Below are positions 38,715 to 53,294 of a stretch of DNA of 64,000 nt, in pieces. Source of the stretch: the human T2T-CHM13v2.0 reference genome, Homo sapiens. The notes beneath the pieces were generated by a model. That model was given only the letters and a program-made list of their open reading frames with translations, searched no databases and had not been told where the DNA came from. How positions within the stretch are numbered: position 1 is the first letter of the stretch; each line of letters starts with the position of its first letter. The stretch is from NCBI RefSeq assembly GCF_009914755.1, contig NC_060928.1. The stretch is one strand, 5' to 3'. The position numbers were made by a program, and so were the translations under genes.

Positions 38715-39024
38715 TTTCTTTTTTTCCCTTTTTTTTTTTTTTTTTGAGGCAGAATCTCACTCTATCGCCCAGGCTGAAGTGCAGTACAGGATCTTGTCTC
38801 GCTGCAAGCTCTGCCTCCCGGGTTCAAGTGATTCTCCTGCCTCAGCCTCCCGAGTAGCTGGGATTACAGGCACTCACCACCACGCCCGGCTAATTTTTGT
38901 ATTTTTAGTAGAGATGGGGTTTCACCATGTTGGCCAGGCTGGTCTTGAACTCCTGACCTCATAATCTGCCCACTTCATTTTCCCAAAGTGCTGGGATTAC
39001 AGGTGTGAGCCACCGCGCCTGGCC
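38715..39024 (-). mobile_element. AluS (Sc/Sg-like)
   Basis: Full dimer ending gagccaccgcgcctggcc; TSD ggagtttttc. Confidence 0.95.
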
Positions 39025-39359
39025 AGGAGTTTTTCACTGTGATGTTGTGTAGGTCTCTGGAATGTATGTTTCCCTCTGCAGTTTCCCCAGTGTTGATTTT
39101 AAGGGAGGAAGCCAGAGCACTTGCTATTTCACCATCACACTTGTTTGAAGTGTGAGTTACCATGCAATGTTTAAAACATGAGTTACACCTTTTTGGAGGA
39201 TGCTGTAGAATACCGATTTATTTTTTGTGTGAAAACAAACTCTACCTCAGGTTAATCAAATAATTACTGAAGAAAAGGTTTTTCTTTATTCAAATATTTC
39301 AGCACATGAATGAAGAAGAAATGGTAAAAGTAAAACATGAACATTTGGCCATCACTAAT

Positions 39360-39730
39360 TATATTAGTTTGTAGAGGCTACTGTAACAAAATTCCACAGA
39401 CCAAGTGGCTGAAACGACAAAAATTTGACTGGGAGTTCAAAAGCAAGGTGCCAGTGGATTGGGTTTTCCCTGAGGCCTCTCTCTTCAGCTTGCAGATGGC
39501 CAACTTTTCCCTGTGTCCTAACATGGTCTTCTTTGCACCCGATGGCTCTCTTTATGGTCTAATCTCCTCTTCCTGTAACTACAACAGTCTGATTAGTTTT
39601 GGGCCCACCCATATGATCTCACTTAACCATAATTATCTTCTTTAAAGACCCTATCTTCAAATGCATTGTGAGGTACTGGGGGTTAGGGCGTCAACACCTA
39701 AATTTGGGGAAACACAATTCAGCTCATTAA
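39360..39730 (-). mobile_element. MLT1A-like LTR
   Basis: tattagtttgtagaggctactgtaacaaa...ttgcagatggcc...gaggtactgggggttagg. Confidence 0.85.
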
Positions 39731-40790
39731 ATGAATGGAAGTCATACCTGAAATCAATGACGGATCGTATGACTACAAAAAAAGGAGACAAACATTATAC
39801 ACCTGCTGTTTAAAGTATACAACACAAAATTATTGACAAATATTAAGCTGAATTAGGTCAATCTTCTAGATTTACCAATTTGCAAATAATGCAATCCACA
39901 GAGCAAGATGTGGATATGGGGGATTCAGACAGCACAATCTAGCTCGGGAAACTACAGAAAAAAAAAATGACCCATTTTGTGACATATAATTGAAGGAACA
40001 AATGAAGATAGATGAATGGAGAACCCATAAATAAAGCAATTCAAGATACACATGAACTCATAAAACATAGGTCCTAATTTGAGTAAAGAAAGAAAATTTT
40101 AATACTGACTGGTTATTTGATGACACTGAGAAACTATTCTAACTGTGCAGCTATGAAAAGGAATGAGATCATGTCCTTTTCAGGGACGTGGATGAAGCTG
40201 GAAGCCATTATCCTCAGCAAACTAACACAGAAACAGAAAACCAAATGCCACATGTTCTCACTTATAAGTGGGAGCTGAACAACGAGAACACATGGACACA
40301 GAAAGGGGAACAACACACACTGGGGCCTTCCCCGGGGTGGAGTGCAGAGAGGGAGAGCATTAGGAAAAATAACTAATGCATACTGGGCTTAATACCTGGG
40401 TGATGGGTTGATAAGTGCAGCAAAACACCTTTGCACACATTTACCTTTGTAACAAACCTGCACATCCTGCACATGTACCTGCACATGAACTAAAAATAAA
40501 AATAAATTATTCTAAATCTTGGGAAGTATGATAATGGTGTCATGATTATGTTTTAAAGGACTTCTTAACTTTTAGAGATATATACCAGAATAGAAATAAT
40601 ATTGTATAATGTCTGCCATTTGTTTCAAATCAAATCTGACCAAAGTAGGGGCAAGAAAGAGTAGGCGCATAAATAAATAACTCATTGATAATGAGTTGAT
40701 AATTGTTTCAGTAGGATGATGAATATTTGAGTTTATAATTTTATTCTATTTATATATTTGAAAATTTTTATACTGAAAAGTTGAAAAAGC
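39730..40790 (+). mobile_element. L1MC-like 3' end interrupted by an L1PA
   Basis: actgactggttatttgatgac...[L1PA]...tgataatggtgtcatgattatgttt...ttttagagata. Confidence 0.6.
40143..40505 (+). mobile_element. L1PA (PA8-13-like) 3' end, sense
   Basis: aaaggaatgagatcatgtccttt...gttctcacttataagtgggagctgaac...aacaaacctgcacatcctgcacatgtac; TSD aaa(c/t)tattctaa. Confidence 0.92.
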
Positions 40791-43515
40791 TTTATATTGG
40801 TATTTTAAACTTTGTAAATGTTCACTAAAAGAAGATATGTCTTTTTAGTTGTTTTGCCTGAGTTATGATGAGCTTTGATGAGTCAATCAGGCTGCCTCTT
40901 GAGTTTTCCTTGTAAGGTTAATTGGGTGCACTGGAGAGCTAGCTGAGGTTAGGAGAGCAGGCTCTGGTTGAAGGACAGGGTTTCGGCTTGGCAGACTAAC
41001 TACCTTCTCTGATTATTAAACTTTGATGCCACCCACATTAGCACAGTATTCTAGTCACCTGTGATAACCTGTCCAGAAGTTGCTCTGATCGTGTTCAGCT
41101 CAATAAGTTTAGACTTCACACAATAGTGCTTGTCATTTTTTACCCTCTTGTACCAAATATATTTCAAAATATGTCCAATCCAGCTGTTAATTTGACTGAA
41201 TAAAATATTATAATAACACTTCTGAGGATTGAGATGATGTTTGAAGTTTTTCAAGAGTCTTTTCCCTCTGGATTAGAGAACATCTCTGCCAGAATCAAAA
41301 TGAGTCTCAAAATTGACAGTTTTTACTTTACTTGCTACAGTAACCTGGCATTTTAAAAAGCATTCTGGAAAAAAAAAATGAATCTTCTGATTGTGTAATA
41401 AAAGAATAAGAATAGAAACTAAGATAAAATGATTCTACATGTATATCTTGACTTATGTCTATATTTTATAATTTCAACTTTTACGTCAAAAAATTGTAAA
41501 ATGTCACTAATTTTATAAGGTTTAATTTAACAGATCAAAGCTCATAGGACTTTGTTGAAAACAATGAATGCAAATCCTCAGTACAGTTCCAGGTGTGTCA
41601 TGAGCCCTCCAAAAATGATAGTTACAATGACTGTTTCAAAAAATTTATACCTTCAACAAAACTTTAATCCTATTTTTATATGCCTGTCTGCTCTGAAAAT
41701 AATTTAATATGTTTAAATTCCTAGAATAATTCTTACTTTAACCAAATTAATAATTCTTAAACTTAAATTTAGATTTCAATGAATCCCCAAAATGGTTTCC
41801 ACATAAAGTAATGCAGCTAATATCAGCACTGCTAACAGATTACACAGAAAGGTCTATTATAATGATTGAGTAAATATTCCTGGGAAATCAACCTTGTTAA
41901 ATCTATATCCTATAAGGAAAGGTGCATATCTGTTTTTTCTAGTAAAGATTCCGTAATTGTTATTACAAGTTAATCAGCTTCTCCCAGGTTCATTTACTCT
42001 GGATTTTATTAATTTATTACAGGAAATTATTGGGTAAGTAAACCACAATTATAATAAAATCTCATACATTTTATTATATGGTTCACAAACTTTATAAACA
42101 CCTGTGATGGGATTCTGCTATTGATATTTAAGTGGATATTTATTAAGGAACTAGAGATACTTCTCAGTAAGATTAGCTTAGAGAACGGTCCTGTTTTTGA
42201 TCTCTTAAGATTCCAAATTTTTATTCCAAATTTTCTGATATTGCCCAAGTGTCTTTTCTGAATCTATGTCTTTATTATTTGGCTTAAAACCTTTGTGCAT
42301 CTGGTGCTCTATTCTGCTGTGACTTTGGAGAAAGGTTACAGTTTGTTTTTGCTGGGAGGAATAACTTCTTGAATGATGTCCCAACTGAAAATTATTTTTT
42401 CGGTTGGATAGAACATCCCTGTACAAAACTTCCTCTATTATCCCTTGGATAATTCCTGCTGTATATAGAGGTCCAAGATTGATTAATGATTTTATCTTCA
42501 GTAACCTGTGATCTAAATTACTATTGGCAAGACAAGAGTGATACCTGTTTTTTTATTCTCTACATTAATAAAACATGCCTTAAGAAATCTATATACTTCA
42601 TATAGAGGATATGATTTGCCACTAAGCAAACTCTATGAAAAAGAATTGTGTTTTCATAGTAAGGCTTTATTATAAACCAAATATGACCAACTTTCAGCTA
42701 AACTGTATTATCTAATCAAGTTTATTCCGTCACTTTACTTGCTATTATCAATAAGACAAGTAATATATTTAAATATAGAATAAGTAACAAGCAACATGTT
42801 AACTGAATTAATATATTGGTAAAATATAGATTTTAAAAGTTTTTTGAAAATATTTGAGGAGGGTTGCACTTTTGCTCCCTCTGATTTTACTACGTATGTC
42901 TCTGACTGTATGTAATCACACCTAGCTTATGCTGTCCCTTCCATTCTCTACACTTGACTTTAGAAAGTCAAACGTAGACTGGAGCAAAAAGGGGAGAGAT
43001 CTTTTCCTACCATTTAGCAGATTAAAAGGTAGATTGGAAATGCATCTCAGTATCTCAGCCATAAATGTCTAAGGGATAATAATCCCGCTACATATTTATT
43101 AAACTAATTACAACATATTGCGCAAAATAAAATACTTTGAATCAGAATGACTTATGAATGGTCGATTGCATACAAAAGTGCTGGAGATATGGTGATAAAA
43201 AGATGATTCAGCCATCACAAAGCTCAAAATTCTACTGGGAGAAACAGGTAAAGTGACTGAAGCCCAGGATAATATTTCAAATAATAAGTACAGTGAGATA
43301 CTTATTTGAGAGATGCAAACTCAACAACAGTTTGGTAAGTACTTTCTCTATTCTAATTTGAATACATTCTAGTCAATTGAGATACACAAAGCATCAATTC
43401 TCCCCATTGGATTTGGATCCCATAAAACTACCCATTTCCCCAAATAGATAGTGTTTTAACTTAACAGACCTCATAAAAAGCTTGACACTAAAATGAGAAT
43501 TTATAAATTGTGATC

Positions 43516-43981
43516 TGTAGTAAGTTAAATGGTGCCCAACCCTGCGAAAAACAAAAAGTATGTCCATGAACTAATCCCTGGAACATGTAAATGTGATCAA
43601 ATAGGGAAAAGATATCTTTGCAGATATAATTGTAAAGAATTTCAAGATGAGATCGTTATGGAATATCTGAGTGGGCTCCAAATCTAATGGCAAGTATCTT
43701 TATTAGAGAAAGACATACGGGGATTTAAAACAGAAAAGGAAGAGGAGACAGCCATGTGAAAATGGAGACAGAGATTGAAGTTATGCAGCCACAGGTCAAA
43801 GAATGCTTGGAACCAAGAGAAGCTGGAAAAGACAATGAAAGATTTTCCCCTAGAGCCTTTGGATAGAGCCCTGCAAATACTTTGATTTCATATCTGTCCT
43901 CTGGAACTTGGAGAGAATAATTTTTTGATGTTTAAGCAGATGACTTTGGGGCAGTTTGTTATGGCAGCCATTGAAAGCAAG
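43516..43981 (+). mobile_element. MLT1C/D-like LTR
   Basis: ctaatccctggaac...tctttgcagat...gaagctggaaaagacaa...tttgttatggcagcc. Confidence 0.8.
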
Positions 43982-44562
43982 TCGTGATCTAGTTTGCCTT
44001 ATTTTCCAAAGCATAGATAATTTTCAATTTCAATTAGGAAAATTGAAATTCCACAAAATGCAAGTGCATACAGAAATGTCTATCTGAGTTGCAGTTGGGA
44101 AACATTTTGCATTTAAAAAGGAAAAGTTTTAAGATATAAAAGAAAGTCTTGAGAAAACAAGAGAATATCCCTCATATATGTACAACTTCTTACTAATAGA
44201 AGCCTTAGATGTCTGATCAATTTCAGAGGCAAAGGCTACCATTGACTGTTCATTGACCATTGACAAGCCATGTGTTTCAATGATGAAATACCACATAACA
44301 AAATACTCTAAAGCATATTGTCTTAAAACAACTGTTTTATTACTAAGGTTCCTGCGGATCTGATATTCAGGCAGGATTCAGTGGGGATAGCTTACCTCTG
44401 TTCTACATGGCGCTCACTGGGATAGTTCAATTAGGGTAAGAGGATTGAAGATGGTATCATTTGCATGTCTGGGGCTTTGGTCCTGGCTGTTGGCTGAGGT
44501 GCTTTAGTTACCCTTTTCTCTCCACATAGCCTCTAATTACTCAATATTCTACCCCAGCCTTT

Positions 44563-47280
44563 AAAAAAAATTTTATTGTGGTAAAATACACATATAAAAT
44601 ATACCATCTTAAACATTTTAAGTGTACAGTTCAATGATAATAAGTACATTTATATTCCTTTGCATCCATCATCACCCATCTATTTTCAAAACTCCTTTCA
44701 TCATGCAAAACTGAAACTCTATACTTAGTAAACAATGATTCCCCATTTCCCTCTCTGTCCAGCCCGTGGCAACTGCTATTCTTTCTGTTTCTATGATTTT
44801 GACCATTTCAAGAAACTTATGTTAAGTGGAATCATAAGGTATTTGTTATTTTGTGACTGACTCATTTCACTTAGCATAATGTCCTCAAGGTTCATCCATG
44901 TTGTAGTATTTCTATCCTTTGTAAGGCTGACTGATAAGGAGAGACTTACTTCTGTCATTTAAAAACTTGTTTTCTATATGGCTTATAGCATTTTTGTCCC
45001 TTGCTTCCTGCGTGACTGTCTTCTTTTGTGTTTAGTTGATTATTGTAATGAAATGTTTATGTATCTATGTCATTGACTTTTGTATATTTTCTATAGCTAT
45101 TACATTTAACATCCTACAGTTATAACACTCTTATTTAGATTTATGCCAGTTTAACTCCAATAATACACAAAACTCTCTCTTTTACATTTCCATACCCACT
45201 TCTTTTGGTTGCTGATGTCCTAAAACTACACCTTTACACATTGCAGGTCCAAAAACAAAAACTAATAATTTTTAAATATATCAGTTTCTTGAATTAAACC
45301 ATTGTTACAATAATAGTAGCTTTTATAATTGTCCATATACTTACCTTTACTGTGATACTTATTTCTTCGTATATGACTTCAAATTATTGTATAGTGTATT
45401 TTTATTTCCATCTTCAGAACTCACATTAACGTTTCTTCCAGACAAGTCTAGTGTTAACAAACTCCTCTCAACTTTTGTATACCTAGAAATGCCTTAATGT
45501 CTCCCTTAGTTTGAAGGAAATTTTTGCCAGATATAGGATTCTTGCTTGACAGGTTTATTTTCTCTTAGCACTTTGTATATATTGGCCCATTTCTTTATGG
45601 TTTCCAAAATTTCTGATAAGATATATGCTTATAATTTTATCAAAAATCCCTTGTATGTGATTAATCACTTCTCTTTTGATGTTTTTGATATTCTCTTTTT
45701 TGTCTTCATCATTTCAAAGGTTGATAATGTGGATCTCTGAGCTCATTGTATTTAGAGTTTACTGAGCTTCTTAAATGTTTATATTCATATTCTTTGTTAT
45801 ATTTGGGAGTTTTGGCCATTATGGCTTCAAATATCCTCTCTTCTTTTCTCTGTCTTCTTATGGACTCCATAATGCATCTGTTTGTCCACTTGATGGTGTA
45901 CCAATGGTTCCTTATTCTCTGTTCACTTTTCTTTAATCTTTTTTCTTTCTGTTCCTTGGATTGATAATTCCCATGGTCTTCTCTTTACATTTGCTGAGTC
46001 TTTCTTCTGGCTGCTTAAATCTACCTTTGAAAATCTCTGGCAAATTTTTTTCATTTCACTTGTACTTTTTAGCTACAAAATTTCTTTCTACTTTTAAGTT
46101 TTCTATCTCTTTATGGACGTTTATAATTTATTCATGTATTATTTCTTGATTTCCTCTACTTTTCTTTTAGTTCTTTGAGCATCTTTATTACAGTTGTTTT
46201 ATTACAGTTGTCCAGTAGGTCCCCCATCATGTCTTTTTCAGTGACAGTTTCTGTTGGCTTATTTTATTTTATTTTTAAATGAGCCATTCTTTCCTGTTTC
46301 TTTGGATGCCTTATAATTTTTTTTTGTTGAAAATTAGACATGTGACTGTAGTAATGTAGTAACTCCGGCAATCAGATTGTACTTATTTCTCCTAGGTTTT
46401 CCTAGGAGAAATTTCCTAGGTTTTCCCCTTTTGTTCTAAATGTTGTAGACTAGACTGTCTCTGTGCAAAGGATCAATCTGAGATGTACGTAAATTTAAGG
46501 TCTTCTCAAGTCTCTTTTGAGCCTGCACCTTTCCCTGGGCATACACAGCAACTTTCTAATTTCCCGTGTGTATGTGGTTGCTTTTAAATGTCTTAGTATT
46601 TAATGTCTACCTCCAAAAAGAGGAAAAGAGAAAAATGAAGGTGGCAAGCAGGCACTGGCCATTTAAATCCCCTGGAAATTACTTCAGCCAGAGGGGTAGG
46701 GGTGTGCAACAATGGAGGGGAGGTGCAACAACAGTGACTACCTAGCCCTTCGTCTACAAGTCCGTGATTAGAAGCAGCAGTAAGCAATCAGAGCACAGAT
46801 CTCCAATATTTGGATTATAACATTCCTTTTGCCCATGCTGGCTTTTGTGAACTGCATGTAAGTTGCTCCTGAAACATATTCATGGCTGCCTGCCATTGGA
46901 CTAAGGGTCAGGATAGGTAGCTGCTACTGTTTTAAGAGCTTAAATTGATCAAAAGTAACCATAATTTTCCTTATAAGCTTTCCACTGGAAGTTTCAAGCC
47001 TTCAATAGACTCCAGAACTCCAGAATATTTATATCAGATAGATTCTGCCAGTGCAGTTGTTGCCTACATGGGGAGACAGATTTCTGGTGCTTTCTATTTT
47101 GCCAGCTTCCCAAAATCTTCCTTTCTAATCTTGTTTCTCTCCTTGAAAGCTGGGGAGAACCAGCTGTAATTCTAATTTTTGTTGTTAGTGGACTATGGCT
47201 GTGAGAAATGTCCTCTGGATGGGGATGCCACTACCCCCTACACAGCTCACATCTCACTCACAACTTTGGTTTTCCCCTGC
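44563..47280 (-). mobile_element. L1MB-like element lacking almost all of ORF2
   Basis: L1MB 3' end (ttttattgtggtaaaatacacatataaaatataccatc) joined at ~44930 to the ORF2 start region, then ORF1/5' sequence; candidate TSD ccagccttt. Confidence 0.75.
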
Positions 47281-47457
47281 TCTGGACCAGCCTTTTTTTA
47301 TTTCTTTATTTCTTTTTCACTTGATTGGCTTCCAAAAATGAGAAGAGAAAACCTGTGAGATCTCTTAAGATTCATGCCACCAAATCATATGTCATCACTT
47401 CTGCCACATTTTACTGGAGAAAACTCACAGAGCAAACTCAGATTCAAGAAAAGGGGC

Positions 47458-47795
47458 TGTCTTAGACCTTTTGAGCTTCTATAATAAAATACCTTAGTTT
47501 GGGTAATTCATAAATAGTAGTAATTTATTTCTCAGAGTTCTAGAGGCTGAGAAGTCAAGGCATCAGCAGATTCAATACCTGGTGAAGGCTTGCTCTCTGC
47601 TTCGTAGACGGCACATCTTGCAGAAGGGGTGAACAGTATCCTCACATGGCCAAAGGGGAAGGCAACTTCCTTCAGTTCATTTTATAAGGGAGCTAATCCT
47701 ATTCATGAGGGAAGAACCCTCGTGAATTAATCACCTTCTTAAATCTTTAATACAATTGAGTTCCAACATATGAATTTTGGAGCGCAACAATATTA
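47458..47795 (-). mobile_element. MST (MSTB/C/D-like) LTR
   Basis: tgtcttag...aatttatttctcagagttctagaggctgagaagtc...ctaatcctattcatgaggg...caacatatgaattttgg. Confidence 0.85.
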
Positions 47796-49699
47796 GGGAA
47801 GTGGACTCCATCTCTTGAAAGAAGAATGGTATGTGTGCACAGGGATAGGAGGAATTATCTGTGGCCATCTTGCAGGCAGACTACCACACAGTGCTCTGCT
47901 TTTTCTTATCATTTTCTTTGATGACATCTGATCCTTTCTCACAAATATCTCCTTTGTAAAACACTCAGCACTTATTATTTATATCAGTCATTTGGGAATT
48001 AGTCATATGCTGCCTAGTGGAATTTGTTGTCATTAAAAATTTTTTCCTGTTTTGTCATTTCAAAAACAATCACAAACTCTTGGAGGTTAAAGATGATGTT
48101 CTATATTTCCTTGTACCCCGTAAAACCAGCATAGTAGGTATTTAATAAATAACTGTCTTCTTAATTATAAATTTTAAGTGGTGGGAGAATGATGTATTTA
48201 CACTAATGCACGGTGGTTGTATTATTATCCACTAGATTGTTTCTTGCTGCATATCATGCACTGCATTATTTCTTGCTGCATATCAATCACTTAGTACTGA
48301 CCTCCTTTTTAAAATACGCCTGACTTTCTCATGCTTATCTTACATATATGGTTATAGCTAAGAGTTGTGAATGGACACAGATATGGGAAGCATATTTAGG
48401 AGGATTAACAAAAGAGTAATTAGAAGAACACATAAATCCACAAGGAAAAAATGACTCTTTTTGAAGTATGCTAGCATTTTCAACATGCCTGTTGAGTTAA
48501 TGATTTATGGGAGTTTCAATTGTTTAAATGTTTGGAATACTCTGCAATAAAATAAAAATTCTCTTCAAAGTTGATAAAAATACTCAGAGGCATACTTCCT
48601 CATCTGATGATTCATAGTTACCAATGAAACCCAAGAACTCCATGCACATTTTCAGCAAGAGCAAGGCATCTGATAGCAAGAGAGCTGGAAAGGAAGAATC
48701 ATACAGTGACCTAGACAAGTGTCATGTCGGTCTTAGCATCAGATAAACTGATTGCAATGGTTGATTGTACTATCTCTAGCGAGAGTAATTTAGAAAACCT
48801 GAATAAGAAACCCTCTCTTGTTCATCATAGGGATGACTCTTGGTGTGAACCCAATCATATTAAACAATTGTAGAATCACCAAGCTAGACATTTTATGAGA
48901 CTAACTGATTTATTCCTCATCTTGAAATAAAACCTGCATGCCACAAAACTCCTCTATGCTGCTGAGACTTAGTTCTTTCTTTGAGAAAAATAAGAGCCAT
49001 TTATTCATGCAATAAATTTTCATTGTGTGTGAATTGTATACTAGGCCTGTTCCATGTGCTTGCCATACGTCAGTGAATAGAAGAGGCAAAGATCTTTGCC
49101 TATGGAACTTGCAGTCTAGTAGGGGACATAAGTTATTTCGTAAGCTTCCCCTTTATAAATATCATTAATCCTTACTAATAATAATACTTACATCAATGTT
49201 TATATATTTTACATTGGTTTTCTGATAATATAAAAAAAAATTCACAAAATAAACCCAACCACTAATAAGCTGTGAGTTTTGAGTGTAGAATTCTTTTCAT
49301 TAACAAACCATTTCATTTTCAGATCGAGAAACTAAGGTTTTTAAAAAACTGATTTTACTGAAAATAAAATCTAACCACCCATCCTAATGTTCTTTACTTC
49401 TTTATCTGTCTTTCAAAAATATCTTCCTTTCTCTATGTTGAGTTAGATATGTATTCACAAAATCTACCATACTGTCCATATATGTTAGATATAAATTTTT
49501 GAGCTCATGTGAAAGAAACCAAGTTTGAATAGTTGAAGCAAAACAGAAGGGTTTATTATTAAAAAAAAAATGTGTTTTCTCAAGGACCCCAAAACACAAA
49601 GCTGAACTTGAGAAGTGAGCGCTCAAAACTATTAAGGCTGTCTGCATGACCCTTGCTCTAATTCCTCTCTGAAATAGTGTCTCATTGATTGAGGTAAAA

Positions 49700-49955
49700 A
49701 ATGACAGCAGTTTCTAGAGCTACACTGCCTGTGTTCAAATCCTAGCTATGTCATTTGTTAGCTGAGTAGCCTGGAACAGGTAAATTAATCCCTCTAATTC
49801 TCAATTTCCACATCTGTTAAAATTAGCATAATTATAATCATATCAGGATAATTCTGACAGGATTATAGCAAAAAAAGATTAAATAATATCTAATGACTGG
49901 CACAATACCTGCCTCATAAATATAAGTCTTCAGTAAATATAAACCACCATTATTA
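49700..49955 (+). mobile_element. MIR SINE
   Basis: gttcaaatcctagct...tctcaatttccacatctgttaaa. Confidence 0.75.
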
Positions 49956-49964
49956 AATAGGAGA

Positions 49965-50670
49965 TGTTAAGAATTGAGCTGAGCTGGGGAGGGCTGAGCT
50001 GCCAGATGTGGGAGTATTCAGTAAGACAACAAGCCAAAATGAAAGTAACGATTAAGCTTTTATTCCACTTACTGTGATAGTATAATCAAGAGTCCAGAAA
50101 GAAAGTGCCAGCTTCACCTGTGTTTCATTTTCCCTACAAATGGCACCACGCAAGGGTCAGATGCATTAGTACAGTTTTGGATAACTGTCTTACTGCTCAG
50201 GGAACCCCAAACAAAAAGTTCCTATGGTTTTATGGACCTAAGGGCAGGAGAAGAAGCAAGGGGAAGATCTAGGAATGGGAAAGTACCAAGTACTAAGTCA
50301 GAATGGAGAAAAGTGTCCTCCAGGGTACCCACTCCTCCCAACAAGCAGGTCTTGGCAGAGGCTCCTGGAAAGGTTCATCTCAGAGTCCCCAGTAAAGAAG
50401 CCTCTGAATGGAGGCTCCTGGGCTAAGAATGCAAATATGTATAAAACATGGCTGGCCAGGGGTCCTAAGTCCTTGACTGCAACTCCCGTCAGACACTGCA
50501 GCACATTGTCTGTGCAAGTCAGTTTGGGGAGGGAAGCTTTCCTCTGTGAAGGCCTCCCAGGCAAAGCCTTTGTATTGCCTAGGGCAGGGCAAAATCATAC
50601 AGAGGTTTTTGACTTGGAGCTGGATTCCTTGAGAGGATTTCTAGGAGAAATCCTCCCAAAAGTTTCAACA
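49965..50670 (-). mobile_element. ERVL-class solo LTR (LTR41-like; subfamily uncertain)
   Basis: TG...CA termini, GC-richer than flanks, minus-strand AATAAA near 50060. Confidence 0.55.
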
Positions 50671-51015
50671 GTTTATATTTCATTTGTATGTTGGTGGTTC
50701 TCTTTCAAGTGAGATATAATATAGATGAAAAGTATCTAACATAGATTAGGTATTACTCTTATTATTACTATAGCTATGGTTGCTTGTATATAACTGTTCA
50801 GATTATAGCTCCAATAAAACAACTTATTTTATTCTCTCCAGAGTTAGGTAATATCATTATTCCTCATACTGAAGGCTTTTGAAAAATGTTCCTTGGTCTT
50901 TACTATACAGAGTTTAACCTTTCTGCTCTCAGGAAGAAAGACAGTTGGAAATTCACCATCTAAATTTAAAAGGGGGAAAAATCTCAGCTGATAGCTGGTA
51001 ACACAGTGTTGGCTA

Positions 51016-51406
<391 letters not shown>

Positions 51407-51804
51407 TTAAAAATCATCTAAATTTGTTTAGTATCCAATAAAAATTGAAGTCTCACTTTGTGCCAATAATTATGTATTTAATAAATGGGAAGAGGAAACA
51501 AAACAGTAATTTTTCTTGAACACGTGGAAATTTATAGATAATTGCTGCAATAAATATTATCATTCAAAATATATATTTAAAAAACTTAACTACAATATTA
51601 CTGTAAAAGAGAGGAACATGATTCTATATTACAGTGATATGAGGTAGCCTGGGGTGGGGGCAGGAGATCAAGGAGAGTTTACCCCAAACTACAGGTGTTT
51701 ATATTGAGATCTAAAGGATGAGGAAAAATTACTTTACTAATTCATTAAAGAATTGCAGGTGTCTTAAGATTGTTCCAGTCAAGGAAAACTGTATATTCAA
51801 AACC

Positions 51805-51985
51805 ACTGATTCTCACATTTGGCTCTACTTTGGAATCATCTTCATAACTTTACACAATACTGATGCCTAGATTTCATGCCCAGATTCTGATTTCATTGGC
51901 ATGGGGTGTGGCTTTGGTGTCGGGATCTTTTTTTATAACTCCCCTAGCGGTTCTGATAAGCTTTAGTCAGTGCTTTAGAAACAAT
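51805..51985. mobile_element. MER5-family hAT fossil within antisense L2 remnants (approx. 51430-52560)
   Basis: actgattctcacatttggct...ggaatca...cagattctgatttcattgg. Confidence 0.7.
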
Positions 51986-53294
51986 GTTTAAATTTTCAAG
52001 GTAGGAGGGTTATGCCTTACTCAAGAAACCGTAGGAAGACTCATATGATTTGAATTCAAAGAATGAGAGGGAAGGCATTATGACATGAATCGATGAATAT
52101 AAATAATAACAAATCATGCAAATTCTGGTAGGCCACATCCAAAGTTTGGCCTTTATCTTGAGAATACTGGAAAACTATGGAAAGACTTTAAGCAGATGTT
52201 ATAATCTCAGAATTTATGTTTGCAAAGAAAGACTGTAAAGAGAAGCTATGAAATTAGCTTCGGCTAGGATGGTAGGAAGGAACGAGTTAAATAGATTCAG
52301 GAGACATTTTTAAAGAGGTGAAATTGGCAGAGCTGGGCAAAGGATTGGATCTGAGAGGTGGTGAGACTGACAGCTTGATTTTTGGCTAGTGGGACTGAGC
52401 TGATAGTAGGGATAGATAGTGAGCTTAATCTTAGAGATATCTGAGCTCCCTTTGAGGTATCTAAGCAGAGACAGTGAAGTGATAGTGAAATATAAGGAGA
52501 TTGCTGAGCTTGAGATTTTTATTGTTTAGGAGTAAAGATCTAAATTGCAATAGAGATGCTTTACACTAACCTTGTCAGTTTCATAAAAATTACTTTACTG
52601 GTACAAAACATGGTAAAAGGCACTGTAATAGACAGAAAAATGATTCAGATGGTACCCATGACCTTAAGTGGTTAATTATTTAATGGAGGAGATAGGAAAG
52701 ACAGTGAGAATTTAATGTGATTTTAAAATGAACATCTTAAAATGTCTCAAGGTAGAATGGAATAGAAGAGAAGAAAATCCAGCAACTTTTATCAGGTTGT
52801 AATAATTAAATGCTAAAATATTATTAGAAAAAATAATAATATTGTGATCTGATAGAAAAGGAAAGCTAATAGAATTTGAGGGAGGGGAATGACCCCGAAG
52901 AATCATGAAAACTCTCAGGGATACAACATCATATTAGGACACGGTGTCTAGTTGGAAACATTTTGGTTTTTCATTCAGCTTGAACTGGAGAACCAAAAAG
53001 AAAGAAGAATAAAGAGGACAGCAGGAGTTTTAAATCATGGATTTGTTTATTCAAATCTGCCACGTACCAATACAACAATACTATGATAAGAGCTAGGAGT
53101 ACAACTGTGGACAAGGTAGTCATCATTCTGGCACATAGTTTATAGGTTCATATCATATTTATTATAAAAAATAGTTTACTTGAGACAATATCCCTAGTTA
53201 GCTTTCACAAAGGAAACCAGTCAAAATAATGACTTTATTAAAAGAGGTTAAGTAGCCATTCTATGAGTTTGCATTCCCTGTGTGTTGAAGCAAG

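Larger units (their letters stand above)
44270..47890 (-). mobile_element. MLT1G/H-like LTR split by an L1MB and an MST insertion
   Basis: Pieces at ~44270-44560, ~47285-47457 and ~47795-47890 read as one collinear MLT1. Confidence 0.65.

Noticed and set aside
50275-50712. Longest ORF (145 aa) and overlapping ORFs
   Set aside because: Lie within a GC-richer solo LTR; no recognisable protein family or exon structure.
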